From the NCBI GenBank assembly GCA_051750505.1, contig JBNJJS010000003.1:238715-302714 (forward strand): DNA of 64,000 bases, in the 5' to 3' direction. The stretch is from Bacillota bacterium (lineage in GTDB: Bacteria; Bacillota; Bacilli; Bacillales_A; Planococcaceae). The notes beneath the pieces were generated by a model. The model worked only from the letters and a program-made list of their open reading frames with translations. It searched no databases and had not been told where the DNA came from. Made by a program: the position numbers and the translations under genes. The stretch's first letter is position 1; each line of letters opens with the position of its first letter. Shown piece by piece: positions 31,552 to 41,744 of the stretch.

Positions 31552-32400
31552 TCAGGAAATGACACCCATTTTGATCCGCGCTTCAAAAGCTTGCTGCAAT
31601 TTTCGCGTCGTCTCACCAGGCGCGCCATCCGCAATTTTCTCTCCGGAAATCTCAATTACCGGCATAACTTCTGAAGTAGTGGAAGATAAGAAAAACTCAT
31701 CCATCTCAAGTGCCTGCTGTTTCGTGAACGCCGTCTCGACCACTTCGATGCCCAGCTCTTCACAAAGCTCGAAGATGACGCGTCTAGTGATTCCGTTCAA
31801 AATCAAGTTGGTCGCAGGATGTGTGTACAGGATCCCGTTTTTAATTCCGTACATATTCGATGAAGATCCTTCAGTCACAGTATCTCCGCGATGAAGGACC
31901 GCTTCGAAAAACCCTTCTTCATATGCCTGTTGTTTCGCCAGCACATTGCCGAGCAAATTCAAGCTCTTGATGTCGCAGCGCAGCCAGCGGACGTCTTCGA
32001 TCAAGACCGCCTTTACACCGTTTTCCAGGAATTCGACAGGACGCTCGACCGATTTCGTGTACCCGACAACGACCGGTTCTGCATTTTCCGGGAATTGATG
32101 ATTCCGCGGAGCCGCCCCCCGTGTAATCTGTACATAAACTTGGCCGTTGTCGATCTGATTCAATTCGACCAAATCATGGAGCATCTTGTGGAAAACATCT
32201 TTTGTGTAAGGAACCGTAATGCGGATTTTCTCTGCACTCGCATAGAAACGGTCGATGTGTTCCGTTGCGGTGAACAGATCCCCTTCATACACACGGATAA
32301 CTTCGTAGATACCATCGCCGAATTGATAGCCGCGGTCTTCTTTTGAAATCTCCAAATCCTGTTCTTTTACAATCTCGCCATTGGACAAAATCCATTCCAT
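31552..32400 (-). CDS. dat: D-amino-acid aminotransferase
   Basis: EDRGYQFGDGIYEVIR, RCDIKSLNLLGNVL, TEGSSSN, ILNGITR. Confidence 0.95.
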   Translation of the reverse strand: MEWILSNGEIVKEQDLEISKEDRGYQFGDGIYEVIRVYEGDLFTATEHIDRFYASAEKIRITVPYTKDVFHKMLHDLVELNQIDNGQVYVQITRGAAPRNHQFPENAEPVVVGYTKSVERPVEFLENGVKAVLIEDVRWLRCDIKSLNLLGNVLAKQQAYEEGFFEAVLHRGDTVTEGSSSNMYGIKNGILYTHPATNLILNGITRRVIFELCEELGIEVVETAFTKQQALEMDEFFLSSTTSEVMPVIEISGEKIADGAPGETTRKLQQAFEARIKMGVIS

Positions 32401-32422
32401 TGCCATTCCTTCTTTCCTGAAA

Positions 32423-33790
32423 TTATTTGCAAGCCAGTTGATAAATGGCTTCTGCATATATAGCCGTTGCTTTTACTAGATTGTCGATGTCGACGAATTC
32501 ATCTGCTTGATGCGCGACATCCGGCTCTCCCGGAAACAGCATGCCGAAAGCGACGCCTTTATCGAGCACGCGTGCATAAGTGCCTCCGCCGATCGCCAAT
32601 AATTCTGCCGGATCACCGGTTTGCTTCTCGTAAGCCTGCTGCAGCGTTTGAATGAATGGGTCGGATGCATCCACATGATGGGGCTTCGAGTTGGATAAAA
32701 TATCCACTTGAACACCTTCAATTTGATGGCCTGCCATCATGTCATCGAACGGGCAACTGACCGCGTAACGCATGCTGACGCGCACATCAGCTTGTTCGCC
32801 CGCCTTGAAACGCATGATTCCGGCATTGAATGTCGTATCGCCGGACGCTTCATCCGAAAACGAGAGCCCGAGCTTTCGGCCTCTGGAATCACCGCTAAAA
32901 TAATGGGCGATAAAGCGGACAAACCCAGCGCCGTCTCCCGTAACTTTATGCTGTAAAAAATCCGCGAGCAAAATACCTGCATTGACGCCTGCGTCAGGCT
33001 CCATTGCATGGGCCGATTTGCCGGACAGCGTCAAGACGGCGCCGTCAGCATCCGCCTGGCAGTCACCCGAAACTTTTTCTTCTTTACAAAACTCTTGGAA
33101 TGCCTCATCAATCACGCTGCAATCCAGTGCTACTCTCGCCACCGCACGGTCCGGCACCATATTGGTCCGTTCCCCGGAAGTGAATTCCAGCAATTCGCCT
33201 GGCGCTGAGGAACCGAGCGTATACTTGATATCCGCAATGCCTTTCTCGGCATTGATGATCGGAAAATCTGCATCGGGCGCAAATCCGATATCCGGCATTT
33301 CTTCTGTCTGGAAATAACGCTCCACACAGCGGAACCCACTTTCCTCGTCAGTGCCGACGATCAACCTTACCCGGCGCTTGAACTCGAATCCTGCATCCTT
33401 GACCATTTTCAACGCCATCCATGCAGCGATCGTCGGGCCTTTGTCATCGATGGCTCCGCGTCCGAACAATTTCCCGTCGGCGATCTCGCCCCCGAACGGG
33501 TCTTTTGTCCAACCGTCTCCAGCAGGCACTACATCGACGTGGCCGAGTATCCCAAGAAGTTCCGGCCCTTCGCCTATCTCCAAATGCCCTGCGACATTGG
33601 CGATGTTTTTCACCTTGAACCCTGCACGCTCTCCTTTTTCCAAAAACCAATCGAGCGCTTCTCGCACTTCGTTTCCGTAAGGAGCGTCAGGATTTCCATC
33701 TTCGCTTAAAACGCTCGGAATTGCGATCAACTCCTGCAATTCACTGAGCAATTCCTCTTTACGCTGCTCTGCTTCCTGCTGCCAATCCAT
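32423..33790 (-). CDS. pepV: M20 dipeptidase PepV/Sapep (YtjP)
   Basis: GHVDVVP, GRGAIDDKGP, GTDEESG, GGGTYAR, HQADE. Confidence 0.93.
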   Translation of the reverse strand: MDWQQEAEQRKEELLSELQELIAIPSVLSEDGNPDAPYGNEVREALDWFLEKGERAGFKVKNIANVAGHLEIGEGPELLGILGHVDVVPAGDGWTKDPFGGEIADGKLFGRGAIDDKGPTIAAWMALKMVKDAGFEFKRRVRLIVGTDEESGFRCVERYFQTEEMPDIGFAPDADFPIINAEKGIADIKYTLGSSAPGELLEFTSGERTNMVPDRAVARVALDCSVIDEAFQEFCKEEKVSGDCQADADGAVLTLSGKSAHAMEPDAGVNAGILLADFLQHKVTGDGAGFVRFIAHYFSGDSRGRKLGLSFSDEASGDTTFNAGIMRFKAGEQADVRVSMRYAVSCPFDDMMAGHQIEGVQVDILSNSKPHHVDASDPFIQTLQQAYEKQTGDPAELLAIGGGTYARVLDKGVAFGMLFPGEPDVAHQADEFVDIDNLVKATAIYAEAIYQLACK

Positions 33791-34091
33791 GCCTCACACT
33801 CCTTTTTGTTATGGCTATTGTACACCTTTTTCAAAAAATTTAAAGAACAGCCGGTTATTTTCCGGGATTTTTTTCTATTTCATTCATATTAAGTTACGGT
33901 AAAGAAACCCAAAATCATGGAATTCGAGAAGTTTTTCCGATATAATCAAATTGTCAGACAAGTCAAATTGACGGATTTTCTAAAAAAGGAGCTGTCTACC
34001 GCTATTATTCCTTAATCGCTGTATACACCACACTCAAACGTCCGCTAGTCTTTGCCATTGGTACTAAAGATGAAGGAGTGGTTCTTAACTT

Positions 34092-34313
34092 ATGAAACCC
34101 ACAACTGACCGCATGCTCATTCGAATCAAAGACATGTACAAGTACATTCTCGAGAACGGGACTGTGACAACACAGGATCTGGTCGATGAATTCGGCATCA
34201 CTCCTCGCACCATTCAAAGGGATTTGAATGTGTTGGCCTTTAACGAACTGGTCACAAGTCCAGTCCGGGGCAAATGGACAACGACGGAGAAGAAAGTCAA
34301 AATGACGTCTTGA
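34092..34313 (+). CDS. ytzE: Stand-alone DeoR-type HTH protein YtzE
   Basis: GTVTTQDLVDEFGITPRTIQRDLNVL. Confidence 0.9.
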   Translation: MKPTTDRMLIRIKDMYKYILENGTVTTQDLVDEFGITPRTIQRDLNVLAFNELVTSPVRGKWTTTEKKVKMTS

Positions 34314-34342
34314 AAACAAAGAAAATGACCGCAAAATTGCGG

Positions 34343-35056
34343 TCATTTTCTTTGTTTTAATTTACTTAATTCTTCTTCCGTCAGTTCCCGATATTCCCCA
34401 AGCTCGAGTGTATCATCCAGCGGGAGCGGGCCCATCGACAAACGCTTCAAAAATACCACTTGCTTATTCACGCTTTCGAACATGCGCTTAACCTGGTGGA
34501 ATTTCCCTTCCGTAATGGTCAATTCGATTTCGGATTCTTCCCCGCTGCGTAAAATGTGCAGCTGCGCTGGCTTCGTCTCATAACCATCATCCAACACAAC
34601 GCCTTTTTGAAAAGCTTGTGCGTCTTCATCCGTCACGGGACTATCGATTCTCGCATAATAAGTTTTATCGACATGCTTTTTAGGCGACAGCAACTCGTGA
34701 GCCAATTTGCCGTCGTTGGTGATCAACAGCAGCCCTTCCGTATCTTTGTCGAGGCGCCCGACAGGAAACGGTTCGAAGCGCTGCTCTTCTTCTGACAGCA
34801 AATCGATGACGGTTTCATCGAAGCGGTCTTCCGTCGCTGAAATGACGCCTTGCGGTTTGTTCATCATTAAATAAATAAACTCCCGGTAGACGACCGGTTC
34901 CCCGGCGACCGATACTTCATCCGCTTTCTCATCAACGTGAAACTTCGGATCGCGCACCGTTTCCCCGTTCACTTCCACCGCTTTCGATTTAAGTAAGATT
35001 TTCACTTCTTTTCTTGAGCCGAATCCTGAATTCGACAATAATTTATCGATTCTCAT
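34343..35056 (-). CDS. RsuA-family pseudouridine synthase (YtzG-like)
   Basis: S4 domain, MNKPQG, VGRLDKDTEGLL, EGKFHQVKRM. Confidence 0.92.
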   Translation of the reverse strand: MRIDKLLSNSGFGSRKEVKILLKSKAVEVNGETVRDPKFHVDEKADEVSVAGEPVVYREFIYLMMNKPQGVISATEDRFDETVIDLLSEEEQRFEPFPVGRLDKDTEGLLLITNDGKLAHELLSPKKHVDKTYYARIDSPVTDEDAQAFQKGVVLDDGYETKPAQLHILRSGEESEIELTITEGKFHQVKRMFESVNKQVVFLKRLSMGPLPLDDTLELGEYRELTEEELSKLKQRK

Positions 35057-35067
35057 GTTGTTTCCCC

Positions 35068-36672
35068 CTAGAAGCCGAAGCGTCTTGTAATGCGCGTAAT
35101 TCTCGCGCCGAGCAGCTTCTGTGCGAGCCCTGTCTTCAAGCTGAGATAGCCGTAAACCGCAGCGCCCACTCCACCGATCAACACAATGCGGATAATCGAC
35201 AGCATTTTGTTATCCATGCCGATGATATAATCCAAACCGTTCATCGCAAAATACACAGCGAACGCCATGATGGCATTCAAAATGAGGATAAGGAGGATGC
35301 GGCGGAACACCATTTTCGAGCGATAGTTCATCGTCTTCGAAATGACGATCATGTTCATCGTGATGGCTACCAAGTAGCCGATAATTGTCGCTGCAATCGC
35401 ACCGTCCGTTTCGAACATCATGATCAATGGAGTGTTCAGCAAAGCTTTTAGACCTAGACCGATCAGCAAGTTGATGATGATCCATTTCTGTTTATTGATT
35501 CCTTGAAGAATCGAGGCCGTCACTGGGAATGCCGAAAATAAAATCGCTACCGGCAAATAATGCGCTAAAATCTCAGATCCGATATCACTCACTTGATAAA
35601 AGACATGATACAGCTCATCCGACAACATCGTCATGCCGATAACTGCAGGCAAAGTCAGAAACAAAATCAACTGAAACGATTGATCCAAAGTTTTCGTCAC
35701 TTGCAAATGCTCATTGCGCGTGAAATGCTTTGTGATGAGCGGAATGAGCGCCATCGAAAACCCTGTGGCAAGCATAACCGGAATCATGACGAGCTTATGG
35801 GCTGTCAGATTCAAAATCCCAAGCAAATCCGTTTCCATCAGATTGCCCCCAGCTGCCATCGCACGGTTGAAGGTCATCAAATCGACGAACTGGAACAGCG
35901 GATTGGCGATACCGAGGAAAATGACCGGTACGGCATACAACAGAATTTCGCGGTACATATCGCGCAAGCGGACATCGTAGGATTCTACTGACGTCGCAAG
36001 CAGATGATTGTATTCCGGCTTTTTTTTGCGCCAGAAATAATACAATGTGACAAGTCCGCCCAGAGCTCCGATTGCTGCGGATAATACAGCGAACTGGATA
36101 GCGGTCTTCGGGGTGCCGTCAAACAAATAAATGACTGCAAATGCGCCCCCGAGCAGGAAAATGATGCGGACGATCTGTTCGATCAATTGCGACACGGCGG
36201 TCGGCATCATGTAATTATAGCCTTGGAAAAAGCCGCGCCACAGACTCATGAACGGCACGACGATCAACGCAAAGCTGACCCAGCGTATGGCATCTGCGAT
36301 ATCGCCTACCGAGTAGATAGGCTCATCGTCTGAAATGGTGATGCGTGCGAGCGGCTCGGCCAAAAGATAAAGTGCCAAGAACGACACGAATCCCGTGACC
36401 ATCATCGTCAATAAGCCTGAACGTAATAGCCGCCTCCCGGTTTCATAATCGCCGAGTGAATTGTATTTAGCCGTGAACTTGGAAAACGCGATCGGCGCAC
36501 CGGAAATCGCCAGTGCCAGCATCAGGTTATACGGGATGTAGGCATATTGGTAAAGCCCAATATTATCCTCTCCCACCATGCTGTAGAACGGGATGATATA
36601 GATGACGCCGAGCACTTTCGACAGAAATAAACCTAAAGTTAAAATGGCGGTACCTTTGATTAATGAGGACAT
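35068..36672 (-). CDS. murJ: MOP-family lipid II flippase MurJ (YtgP)
   Basis: Multi-TM; SKVLGVIY, PIAFSKF, PTAVSQLIEQIVR; synteny. Confidence 0.88.
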   Translation of the reverse strand: MSSLIKGTAILTLGLFLSKVLGVIYIIPFYSMVGEDNIGLYQYAYIPYNLMLALAISGAPIAFSKFTAKYNSLGDYETGRRLLRSGLLTMMVTGFVSFLALYLLAEPLARITISDDEPIYSVGDIADAIRWVSFALIVVPFMSLWRGFFQGYNYMMPTAVSQLIEQIVRIIFLLGGAFAVIYLFDGTPKTAIQFAVLSAAIGALGGLVTLYYFWRKKKPEYNHLLATSVESYDVRLRDMYREILLYAVPVIFLGIANPLFQFVDLMTFNRAMAAGGNLMETDLLGILNLTAHKLVMIPVMLATGFSMALIPLITKHFTRNEHLQVTKTLDQSFQLILFLTLPAVIGMTMLSDELYHVFYQVSDIGSEILAHYLPVAILFSAFPVTASILQGINKQKWIIINLLIGLGLKALLNTPLIMMFETDGAIAATIIGYLVAITMNMIVISKTMNYRSKMVFRRILLILILNAIMAFAVYFAMNGLDYIIGMDNKMLSIIRIVLIGGVGAAVYGYLSLKTGLAQKLLGARITRITRRFGF

Positions 36673-36803
36673 TTTGCACTCCCTGACTTTGTTCAAAATA
36701 AAAAGCAATCTACACGATAGTTTACACCTATAGACAAAATTACTCAACGTGTTTTGCCTCATCGTGTATACTGAAAAGAAAAACGAAAGTGAGTTTTTAT
36801 TAT

Positions 36804-38090
36804 ATGTATGACATCATCATTATCGGCGGGGGCCCTTCCGGCTTAATGGCTTCCATCGCTGCCGCATCGAACGGCAAGCGCGTGCTGCTCGTCGAAAAAG
36901 GCAAAAAGCTCGGAAAGAAATTGATCATATCCGGCGGCGGCCGCTGCAACGTGACCAACCGCCTGCCTTTGGAAGAAATCGTCCGACACATTCCCGGAAA
37001 TGGCCGCTTCATGTACAGCCCGTTTTCGGTATTCAATAACGAAGACATCATCCAGTTCTTCGAAAATCTCGGCGTCGCCTTGAAAGAAGAAGACCACGGC
37101 CGCATGTTCCCTGTGTCAAACCGCGCACAAGACGTCGCTGATGCGATGTTTGGCGAGATGGACCGGCTCGGCGTCGAGCGAAAACTCGATTCCCCCGTCA
37201 AAAGCTTGCTGATGAACGACGAAAAAGTGACCGGCATCCGCCTGCACTCTGGCGAGGAATTCAACTCTTTAGCAGTCGTGGTCGCAGTCGGCGGCAAAGC
37301 GGTGCCGCAAACCGGTTCGACCGGAGACGGCTATCCGTGGGCGGAAAAAGCGGGACACACCGTCACCGACCTATATCCGACGGAAGTTCCCTTATTGTCG
37401 AACGAACCGTTCATCAAATCACGCGACCTGCAAGGGCTTGCCCTGCGCGATGTCGCCGTCACGGTGCTCAACAAAAAAGGCAAAGCGCTCGTCACGCACC
37501 AGATGGATATGCTGTTCACCCATTTCGGGCTGAGCGGGCCTGCCATCCTGCGCTGCAGCCAGTACGTTGTCAAGGAAATGAAGAAAAATGGCGGACAAGC
37601 AGTCACCGTCCGCATAAATTCCATGCCGGATGACAATGCGGAATCGGCTTTCCAACTGCTTAACAAGCTAATGAAAGACGAACCCAAAAAAGCGTTGAAG
37701 AACGTTTGGAAAAGCCTGGCGCAAGAACGCTGGCTATTGTTCCTATTGGACCGTGCAGGCATTGACCCGCAGCTGACCGGCGCAGAATTGCCGTCGGATA
37801 AAGTCCGTGCGCTGGCGAATGAAATGACCGCATTCATGATGACAGTCTCCGGTACGCAGCCGATCGAAAAAGCGTTCGTCACGGGCGGCGGCGTATCGAT
37901 CAAGGAAATCGAGCCGAAGACGATGCACTCGAAGAAAAAGCCTGGCCTATTCTTCTGCGGTGAAATCCTCGACATCCATGGCTACACCGGCGGCTATAAT
38001 ATCACGTCCGCACTCGTCACCGGACACGTCGCAGGAAAAAACGCAGCTGAGTTCGCTGCTAATTATCAAATCGAAAGCCCCATTGCTTAA
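36804..38090 (+). CDS. ytfP: HI0933-family flavoprotein YtfP
   Basis: [40 protein letters not shown]. Confidence 0.93.
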   Translation: MYDIIIIGGGPSGLMASIAAASNGKRVLLVEKGKKLGKKLIISGGGRCNVTNRLPLEEIVRHIPGNGRFMYSPFSVFNNEDIIQFFENLGVALKEEDHGRMFPVSNRAQDVADAMFGEMDRLGVERKLDSPVKSLLMNDEKVTGIRLHSGEEFNSLAVVVAVGGKAVPQTGSTGDGYPWAEKAGHTVTDLYPTEVPLLSNEPFIKSRDLQGLALRDVAVTVLNKKGKALVTHQMDMLFTHFGLSGPAILRCSQYVVKEMKKNGGQAVTVRINSMPDDNAESAFQLLNKLMKDEPKKALKNVWKSLAQERWLLFLLDRAGIDPQLTGAELPSDKVRALANEMTAFMMTVSGTQPIEKAFVTGGGVSIKEIEPKTMHSKKKPGLFFCGEILDIHGYTGGYNITSALVTGHVAGKNAAEFAANYQIESPIA

Positions 38091-38107
38091 GCAATCGGGC
38101 TTTTTTC
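38073..38107 (+). terminator. ytfP terminator overlapping the stop codon
   Basis: AAAGCCCcATTGC/GCAATcGGGCTTT plus T-run. Confidence 0.75.
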
Positions 38108-38175
38108 TTTGGAATGAAGTTGAAAGAAAAAAGTTGCATTGCTCCTTTTCTTGAAGTAAACAGAATTAAATTAGC

Positions 38176-38582
38176 GAGAGGTTTCATGTGAAATTGTTCC
38201 TAAGCATTGATTTGATTGTCATCTTAGTATTCGCCGCCCGGCTTTGGGTTGGCCTTTGGCAATTTCGTTGTGTGAAGAGTGTTTAATCAGCTCTGCTTCT
38301 GCATACAGTTGCCGGCTAGCGGGGAACTCGCTTACTGGATAAGTTTGGAATAGATAGTGAGGGTTTACTTGTGAAATTGTTTCTGTGTTCTGTTCGAACT
38401 TCACTTGAATAGTCGCCGCCGTGCTTTGGGTTGGCCTTTGGCAATAAGCCAGAAAGAACGTCTGACTTATTGCGTCGGCTCACCCCTTTACGCTCGGCGG
38501 CTTGGAGATTTCGTTGAGTCTGGTGTGTTTAATCAGATCTGTTTCTTTAGGCAGTTGCCGGCTATTAGGGGAATTGCTTCCC
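38176..38582. repeat. Degenerate tandem duplication (units ~38176-38335 and ~38358-38582)
   Basis: Shared blocks GTGAAATTGT, TCGCCGCC, GCTTTGGGTTGGCCTTTGGCAAT at offset 182-183; ATTTCGTTG, GTGTTTAATCAG, CAGTTGCCGGCTA at offset 246. Confidence 0.9.
38413..38503. repeat. Structured element with AAGAACG-loop hairpin (family 2)
   Basis: Nested stems GCCGCC/GGCGGC, GGGTTGGCC/GGCTCACCC, GCAATAAGcCAGA/TCTGaCTTATTGC. Confidence 0.7.
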
Positions 38583-38760
38583 AAGATGAAGCACCTGACT
38601 GGCCAGTTCTTGAATTGGAAAGATTGTTATTTTATTTAGCGGTTGAAGACCGACGTGACTTCATTCTCTGACCTGGTTGAAGCAAGCTCCAGAATATGAT
38701 GCATCTCCAGACCTTCAGCTGATTGAACTAAAAAAATTAACTTCCACTCTAAAACTAGAA

Positions 38761-38882
38761 GACGGAGTGGAAGGGGGCTGACTCCTGAGGGACCGCGCGG
38801 GCTGGCGAGACAAATGTGTCGCGCTCTTCGGCACATTGGCTCAACACCCGCCCCTCGGAAAGCAGCCCCCTGAAACGCAGTC
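38761..38882 (+). repeat. Structured dispersed element, family 1 copy A
   Basis: GACTCCTGAGGG...GAGAC...GGCT...CCCTCGGAAAGC closed by AGGGGGCTG/CAGCCCCCT and two GNA/GNA loops. Confidence 0.82.
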
Positions 38883-38963
38883 GAATAGCGGAAGCTATTC
38901 TATTCACTTCTTTTATATTTCAACACTCTTTACATTTCACTATCATATTAATATTCAATACAC

Positions 38964-38997
38964 AAAAAAGCCGCCAGAAAATTTCCCTGGCGGCTTT
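38964..38997 (-). terminator. leuS terminator
   Basis: AAAGCCGCCAG/CTGGCGGCTTT with A-run on the + strand. Confidence 0.8.
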
Positions 38998-39008
38998 CAT
39001 TTCATTAT

Positions 39009-41420
39009 TTATCCTACAACGATATTAACCAATTTCCCTGGAATGGCGATGACTTTGCGTACTTGCTTGCCTTCTGCCGCCTTTTGGACGTGCTCGTCGG
39101 CAAGTGCCGCTTCTTCCAGCTGTTCCTTCGTGCTGTCTTTTGCGACAGTCAGCTTGCTTCTCACTTTGCCGTTCACTTGGACGACGATTTCGACTTCGTC
39201 ATCGACCAGTTTCGACTCGTCATACGTCGGCCACGCTTCATACGTTACCGTTTCGCTATGCCCAAGTTTGTTCCAAAGCTCTTCAGCCAAATGCGGCGCG
39301 ATCGGCGACAGCATCTTCACGAAACCTTCGATGTACTCTTTCGGCAAGTTGTCGGCTTTATAAGCTTCATTGATGAATACCATCATTTGCGAAATCGCCG
39401 TATTGAAACGTAGGCCGTCGAAGTCTTCGGTCACTTTCTTGACAGTCTGATTGTAGACTTTCTCCAGTTTGCCGTCATTTTGGTCGCTGACTTTGCTGGA
39501 GATCGCTCCGTCTTCGATCAGCAAACGCCATACGCGGTCAAGGAAACGGCGAGATCCGTCTAGCCCGTTCGTCGACCAGGCGATGGACGCTTCGAGCGGC
39601 CCCATGAACATTTCATACATGCGCAGCGTATCCGCGCCATGGCTTTCGATGATCTGGTCCGGGTTGACGACATTGCCTTTGGATTTCGACATTTTCTCAT
39701 TGCCTTCACCAAGAATCATCCCTTGGTTGAACAATTTCTGGAATGGCTCTTTCGTCGGCACGACGCCAAGGTCGTACAACACTTTATGCCAGAAACGCGC
39801 ATACAATAAGTGAAGGACGGCGTGTTCCGCACCACCGATATAGACATCAACCGGGAGCCAGCGTTTCAATAATTCCGGATCCGCGATCGCTTCGTCGTTA
39901 ACGGGATCGATAAAGCGCAAATAATACCAGCAGCTGCCTGCCCATTGCGGCATCGTGTTCGTTTCGCGGCGGCCTTTCATACCGGTTTCAGGATGCGTGA
40001 CATTAACCCATTCCTCGATATTGGCAAGCGGTGATTCGCCTGTCCCGCTCGGCTTGATGTCCGTTGTGACAGGAAGTTCCAGCGGCAGGTCCTTATCATC
40101 GACCGGAGACATCGTGCCGTCTTCCCAGTGGATGATCGGAATCGGTTCGCCCCAATAGCGTTGGCGGCTGAACAGCCAGTCGCGCAAACGGTAGGTGATT
40201 TTCTTCTCGCCAACGCCTTCTTGTTCGAGCCAGTCGATCGCTTTTCCAATCGCTTCGGTTTTGTTCAAGCCGTCAAGGAAACCGGAATTGACGAGTTCGC
40301 CGTCGCCAGCGTAGGCTTCTTCAGCCACGTTGCCGCCTGAGACAACTTCGACGATCGGCAGTTCGAATTGTTTCGCGAATTCATAATCGCGTTCATCGTG
40401 TGCCGGTACGGCCATGATCGCGCCTGTCCCGTATGTCGCGAGGACATAATCGGCGATCCAGATCGGCATTTTCACGCCGCTTGCCGGATTGATCGCATAA
40501 GCTCCAGTGAAGACGCCCGTTTTATCTTTCGCAAGATCCGTACGCTCCAAATCACTTTTCGTTTTCACTTTGTCGATATATTCAGCTACCGCTTCGCTCT
40601 TTTCAGCTGTCCTGATTTCCCCAACCAATTTATGCTCTGGGGCAAGTACCGCGTAAGTCGCGCCGAAAATCGTATCCGGGCGCGTCGTGAATGCGCGGAA
40701 TGAAAGCTCTGTGCCGTCAATCTTGAATTCAAGCTCTGCACCTTCGGATTTGCCGATCCAGTTGCGCTGCATGTCCTTCAAGCTTTCCGGCCAGTCGAGT
40801 TCGTTCAAATCTTCCAGCAAACGGTCTGCGTATTCGGTGATCCGCAACACCCATTGGCGCATCGGGCGGCGTTCGACCGGATGGCCTCCGCGCTCAGAAA
40901 CCCCGTCGACCACTTCTTCATTGGCAAGGACGGTGCCGAGTGCCGGGCACCAGTTGACCGCTACTTCATCGACATATGCCAAGCCTTTATTATAAAGCTG
41001 GATGAAAATCCATTGCGTCCATTTATAATAGTTCGGGTCGGTCGTGTTGATTTCACGGTCCCAATCATATGAGAAGCCGAGTTCCTGGATTTGGCGCTTG
41101 AAAGTCTCGATGTTTTTCGCCGTGAATTCCGCCGGGTCGTTGCCGGTATCAAGCGCGTATTGCTCAGCCGGCAAACCGAATGCATCCCAGCCCATCGGAT
41201 GTAGCACATCAAAGCCTTGCATGCGTTTTTGGCGGCTTAAGATATCCGTCGCCGTGTAGCCTTCCGGATGCCCGACGTGGAGCCCGGCGCCTGACGGATA
41301 CGGGAACATATCGAGTGCGTAGAATTTTTCCTTGCCCGGCGTGTTCTCCGTTTTAAAGGTTTTGTTTTCCTGCCAGTGCTTTTGCCATTTCTTTTCAATT
41401 TCCTTGTGGTTAAAAGACAT
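39009..41420 (-). CDS. leuS: Leucyl-tRNA synthetase
   Basis: [19 protein letters not shown], editing domain. Confidence 0.99.
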   Translation of the reverse strand: MSFNHKEIEKKWQKHWQENKTFKTENTPGKEKFYALDMFPYPSGAGLHVGHPEGYTATDILSRQKRMQGFDVLHPMGWDAFGLPAEQYALDTGNDPAEFTAKNIETFKRQIQELGFSYDWDREINTTDPNYYKWTQWIFIQLYNKGLAYVDEVAVNWCPALGTVLANEEVVDGVSERGGHPVERRPMRQWVLRITEYADRLLEDLNELDWPESLKDMQRNWIGKSEGAELEFKIDGTELSFRAFTTRPDTIFGATYAVLAPEHKLVGEIRTAEKSEAVAEYIDKVKTKSDLERTDLAKDKTGVFTGAYAINPASGVKMPIWIADYVLATYGTGAIMAVPAHDERDYEFAKQFELPIVEVVSGGNVAEEAYAGDGELVNSGFLDGLNKTEAIGKAIDWLEQEGVGEKKITYRLRDWLFSRQRYWGEPIPIIHWEDGTMSPVDDKDLPLELPVTTDIKPSGTGESPLANIEEWVNVTHPETGMKGRRETNTMPQWAGSCWYYLRFIDPVNDEAIADPELLKRWLPVDVYIGGAEHAVLHLLYARFWHKVLYDLGVVPTKEPFQKLFNQGMILGEGNEKMSKSKGNVVNPDQIIESHGADTLRMYEMFMGPLEASIAWSTNGLDGSRRFLDRVWRLLIEDGAISSKVSDQNDGKLEKVYNQTVKKVTEDFDGLRFNTAISQMMVFINEAYKADNLPKEYIEGFVKMLSPIAPHLAEELWNKLGHSETVTYEAWPTYDESKLVDDEVEIVVQVNGKVRSKLTVAKDSTKEQLEEAALADEHVQKAAEGKQVRKVIAIPGKLVNIVVG

Positions 41421-41482
41421 TTCCTATTTTCCTCCTCTAAATACAAGCGGATGTCCGCATGCCCTGCATAGTTTTCAGCAAA

Positions 41483-41700
41483 ATAAAAAATCCCGCCCCT
41501 TAAACTAAGGGACGGGATTTTTCCCGCGGTACCACCCAAATTAGCGCTCAGGCGCTCAACTTGATTCCTTAACGCGGAAAACGGCGCAATCATTGCGCAG
41601 ACTCCAAGGCGAGTTCAAACATCCTGCATGCCGGCTCGCACCATCCGCCGGCTCTCTTTTATGCATTGTATGTCCTACTGCTCCTCTTCACGGCCATTTG
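41483..41700 (-). promoter_or_regulatory. T-box riboswitch (Leu)
   Basis: GGGTGGTACCGCG near 41525-41537, terminator at 41485-41521, specifier CUC at 41611-41613; promoter TTGCAT-N17-TAAAAT at 41712-41740. Confidence 0.92.
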
Positions 41701-41744
41701 CTATTGATTTCATTTTAGCTGAGCGCTTGTTTTTATGCAATAGC

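Noticed and set aside
38176-38582. CRISPR-like array
   Set aside because: Only two long degenerate units, no constant repeat with unique equal-length spacers, and no cas genes in the window.
38219-38671. Small ORFs 38219-38404(-) and 38405-38671(+) in the ytfP-leuS gap
   Set aside because: No convincing RBS, no recognisable family, and they run through structured repeats; the 64-nt indel between the duplicated units is not a multiple of 3.
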